Origin: a virus
Reading direction: 5' to 3' (one strand)
IMG/VR virus record: IMGVR_UViG_3300031603_000001
Span: 64,001-128,000 of that record
DNA length: 64,000 bases
Shown: positions 61,530 to 64,000 of the stretch, piece by piece
How positions within the stretch are numbered: position 1 is the stretch's first letter
Layout: the number at the start of each line of letters is the position of its first letter
The notes under the pieces: generated by a model
Told to the model about the DNA's origin: nothing
The model's database searches: none
What the model saw: the letters and a program-made list of their open reading frames with translations, nothing else
Program-made: the position numbers and the translations under genes

Positions 61530-61574
61530 ACTAGAGGGAGGGTTTGAACCTCCCCACCCACCAAACGTCTAGGC
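61530..61574 (-). pseudogene. tRNA T-arm/acceptor remnant
   Basis: GGAGG-TTCAAAC-CCTCC then CTCTAGT; only CTAGA/TCTAG pairs; no D or anticodon arm. Confidence 0.4.
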
Positions 61575-61652
61575 ATGCCACCTTTGGTGAATTAACGTAA
61601 CAAGAGCTGCGTGTGCTTTGCAAATGCGATGCAGCCTGTCTGTCCAAGCGCG

Positions 61653-61725
61653 TGGACCACCGGGGGCTCGAACCCCGAACCTCCGCCTTGCAAGGGCGGC
61701 GCTCTCCCAATTGAGCTAGTGGCCC
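61653..61725 (-). tRNA. tRNA-Ala(TGC)
   Basis: GGGCCAC/GTGGTCC with G3:U70; CT-TGC-AA; no CCA. Confidence 0.95.
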
Positions 61726-61813
61726 AAATAATGCCAGAGCAACTTAGGATATCGATAGACTTCTGTATGGCCATACATATGCCGTACATCCTTCACGCAT
61801 TCTGGCAACGATT

Positions 61814-62062
61814 TTACTGCTCTACTACCCGAAACAATCTGTTTGCTCTAATGGTAGTAGTTCTTTGAGTAGTCTTCTTAAGTTCAACATTGTTTTCGTA
61901 AATAGAAGCATACGTTGACAGTACTTCTAACCTAACTGTCTTCTTTATACTATCTGCTGACATGGATCTCCCAAGTAAATTATGGGTAACCCCATTTGTA
62001 CATCTATGATAACCATAGAGGCTACCGTTTACTATAGGATTTCCTAAAGCATCTAAAATCAT
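61814..62062 (-). CDS. small protein related to the 36.8-37.4 kb paralogs
   Basis: MILDALGNPI..G..Y; ATG at 62062 avoids overlap with tRNA-Val (track start 62086). Confidence 0.6.
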   Translation of the reverse strand: MILDALGNPIVNGSLYGYHRCTNGVTHNLLGRSMSADSIKKTVRLEVLSTYASIYENNVELKKTTQRTTTIRANRLFRVVEQ

Positions 62063-62081
62063 ATAACCTTCTCTTTCTCTG

Positions 62082-62156
62082 TACACCTGGATGGATTCGA
62101 ACCACCGACGTCCTCCTTGTAAGGGAGGCGCTCTAAACCAACTGAGCTACAGGTGC
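62082..62156 (-). tRNA. tRNA-Val(TAC)
   Basis: GCACCTG/CAGGTGT; CCTCC-CTTACAA-GGAGG; no CCA. Confidence 0.95.
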
Positions 62157-62169
62157 AAATAGTATCTTA

Positions 62170-62304
62170 GAACCTTTCGGTAACCTCCGATACTTCACTT
62201 TATAGGCGTCCTATCCGCTAGACGACCGGCCCCTGGGGGACCAGGCGAGATTTGAACTCGCGTTTCCTCCTTGATATGGTAGTTAGGGTTTGCTGTGAGG
62301 TTTA
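62170..62304 (-). ncRNA. circularly permuted tRNA-like RNA B (YrlA/Y-RNA-like)
   Basis: Order T arm, CTGGTCC-CCCAG-GGGCCGG closed acceptor stem, D arm; flanks AAACCTCACAGCAAAC and GAGGTTACCGAAAGGTTC. Confidence 0.8.
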
Positions 62305-62311
62305 TATTAAA

Positions 62312-63196
62312 TCATGATATTTTACGGATAATAACACTATGTATTTGCATTCCTCCACCGTTATTACCAGGATATCTTAGACTCTCGAGTAATGTACGTT
62401 TGTATTTTGTATGATCAAGTCCATTAATAAATGAATACCAAAGCGTTCGTTGTTCGTTTGCATTAACTTGAGCCCTAGTAGTAGTATTTAATATTAAAGC
62501 TAATGGTACACCTATTGTGGTGTTATTCGCTATAAACACTTCTACTTGCTTTAATAAGTTAAGTGTAGTAGACACTTGTAGGTCTAAATTAGCTAAAGTT
62601 AAGTTACGATGTACAGCTTCAAATACATTCTTATTAAAAAGCTCATATCTTTTATTTCCACCAGAAACTATATTATTTAACTCTGTAAAATCCTTTAGTT
62701 TACGGTAGTGCGCAGTGTGGTCACCTGCATATTCATATGTATTAAGTATAGCACTGTGAGGCATAAACTCTAATAACCGTTGTTTGTCAATATCCATTGC
62801 AGTACCCGCTAATGTGATAATCTCTGTATTTGGGAGAATTGGTAAATACCAAGTTACTTCCTTAAATACTTTTGCAAATGCTATATGACGTTGCTGATTA
62901 TGTACGTAATCTAAACCATTAGCTTTGCACTTTTTACAAGTGTATACCTTTTGTTTAGGTTTTACCTCTACAAAACTATAAGCAGGACAATGTTTACATT
63001 TTCTCAGATAAACTCGTTGCACTGCCGCTTTCCCTTGTGAAAGGAAGGGGCCTCTAACTTTAAAGTAATAGTCTTCATTTAATAAACAGTAAACTTTAGT
63101 ATTCCTTTGAGTTATGGTGGCTATTCTTCTTTGCTTAGGGTCTCGGCATCTTGCAGCCTTTGACATGATACTTTGTTTTAGATTTAACTTTTGCAT
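62312..63196 (-). CDS. AT-rich hypothetical protein with two CxxC pairs
   Basis: CKHC...CKKC; visibly more AT-rich than the flanks; lies between the two permuted RNAs. Confidence 0.7.
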   Translation of the reverse strand: MQKLNLKQSIMSKAARCRDPKQRRIATITQRNTKVYCLLNEDYYFKVRGPFLSQGKAAVQRVYLRKCKHCPAYSFVEVKPKQKVYTCKKCKANGLDYVHNQQRHIAFAKVFKEVTWYLPILPNTEIITLAGTAMDIDKQRLLEFMPHSAILNTYEYAGDHTAHYRKLKDFTELNNIVSGGNKRYELFNKNVFEAVHRNLTLANLDLQVSTTLNLLKQVEVFIANNTTIGVPLALILNTTTRAQVNANEQRTLWYSFINGLDHTKYKRTLLESLRYPGNNGGGMQIHSVIIRKIS

Positions 63197-63307
63197 AATA
63201 AATATCCTAGTTATGGCAGTACTCCGCCAATTCTTATGATCAACAGAGTATTACCTCAGATCTTTATATAACCCGTTGTACTGGGATTGTATTACGAATT
63301 ACCATTC

Positions 63308-63446
63308 GAACCTTGCGGTAACCTCTAGGTAACTCTCGTGCTCTAACCAACTGAGCTACTCCCCTATGTTTTGCAGGGGAGACTGGATTCGAACCAGTGA
63401 CCGCGTCATTTGGAGTGATTAGTTTGTTTGTTTGCTGTAAGGTTTC
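63308..63446 (-). ncRNA. circularly permuted tRNA-like RNA A (YrlA/Y-RNA-like)
   Basis: Order T arm ACTGG-TTCGAAT-CCAGT, CTCCCCT-9nt-AGGGGAG, D arm GCTC-AGTTGGTTA-GAGC; flanks AAACCTTACAGCAAAC and GAGGTTACCGCAAGGTTC. Confidence 0.8.
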
Positions 63447-63449
63447 TAA

Positions 63450-63998
63450 TTATTTAGAGGAACTAGTCCTCTTTGGATTGCTCTGTGGACGTTTATTACC
63501 GTTTCCCACATTAGCACCTCCAAATGTTTTTGTAAGCGAATGACAATTAGGACAAAGTAACTGTACGTTACCAGGACTTGAGTCCTTCCAATTACCATCA
63601 ATATGATCTACTTGTAGAGGTATTTTATTAGTATAAAGATTAACTACATTCCACTCGCATTTTGAGCACTTATTATTAATCTCAAATAAATGTGCACGAA
63701 TAGCCTTCGATATACCTCCATGGGAGGTTGTCGCCTCATAAGTGCCAGAGTACCAAGCTTCTATTATCCGCTTGCGTTTATCTGCAATATGACATTCTTT
63801 ATTACAGTACTTAGAATGAGGATTATTTAATGGAGTTGTGCAGAATAAACACAATCCAGTACTATGTACTTGTTGTAATTTCTCTGCATCTTTATGCGCT
63901 CTGCAGCAAAAGAACTTACCCGACTTATTAGCTTTAATAGCAGATGGAGATCTATGTATCTTAATATTACATCCGTCGGTTGAACACTGTATGTTTAG
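63450..63998 (-). CDS. HNH homing endonuclease (5' end cut by window edge)
   Basis: CSKC...LQVDHIDGN......NVQLLCPNCHS; the frame stays open upstream of the track start to the window end (QCSTDGC...KFFCCRAH). Confidence 0.9.
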   Translation of the reverse strand, partial: LNIQCSTDGCNIKIHRSPSAIKANKSGKFFCCRAHKDAEKLQQVHSTGLCLFCTTPLNNPHSKYCNKECHIADKRKRIIEAWYSGTYEATTSHGGISKAIRAHLFEINNKCSKCEWNVVNLYTNKIPLQVDHIDGNWKDSSPGNVQLLCPNCHSLTKTFGGANVGNGNKRPQSNPKRTSSSK

Positions 63999-64000
63999 AA

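Noticed and set aside
4930-63196. Numerous + strand ORFs of 60-160 aa in the track opposite minus-strand genes
   Set aside because: They are antisense shadows of well-supported genes with no motifs or ribosome-binding sites.
62238-63365. One tRNA interrupted by a group I intron that contains ORF 62312..63196
   Set aside because: The 5' half (AGGGGAG) and the distant 3' half (CTGGTCC) do not form an acceptor stem, each pairs fully with its adjacent permuted partner, and no group I core motifs were seen.
1-64000. Stop-codon reassignment
   Set aside because: Long genes are intact under the standard code, all three stops end genes, and no suppressor tRNA is present.

Overview
The window looks like part of a large dsDNA bacteriophage genome read with the standard bacterial code; no integrase or host housekeeping operon is visible. 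Bases 1-4766 (+ strand) hold the tail end of a probable virion/lysis operon. A repeat- and terminator-rich junction at about 4740-4920 separates it from roughly 59 kb of densely packed minus-strand genes. These encode replication and recombination (family A polymerase with an N-terminal UDG-like domain, DnaG, DnaX-like loader, probable beta-clamp, RecD2, RecA, Rad52-like SSAP, ATP-dependent ligase, RuvC), nucleotide metabolism (class II RNR, ThyX, HAD, MazG-like, deoxyribosyltransferase-like), a sigma factor, a MoxR-AAA/VWA pair, GroES and RNA-repair-type enzymes (Thg1-like, RlaP-like). From 52.6 kb to the end there are six canonical tRNAs, none with an encoded CCA, plus many remodelled tRNA-scaffold RNAs. 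Main candidates for novelty: (1) two circularly permuted tRNA-like (YrlA/Y-RNA-type) RNAs sharing flanking motifs, each directly after an ORF; (2) a family of tRNA mimics that keep the D/T elbow but rebuild the anticodon arm, and an apparently split tRNA-Leu(GAG); (3) a phage ubiquitin-like module (GG-ending Ubl + ThiF/E1 + an 850-aa protein) with no sulfur-pathway genes nearby; (4) a full-length plant-type Whirly ssDNA-binding protein; (5) an animal-type phosphomevalonate-kinase-like enzyme; (6) a shared C-terminal K-x-x-D-F-L-[VI] motif in four neighbouring unrelated proteins. All family assignments come from motif recognition by eye and recalled sequences; no searches or folding programs were run.
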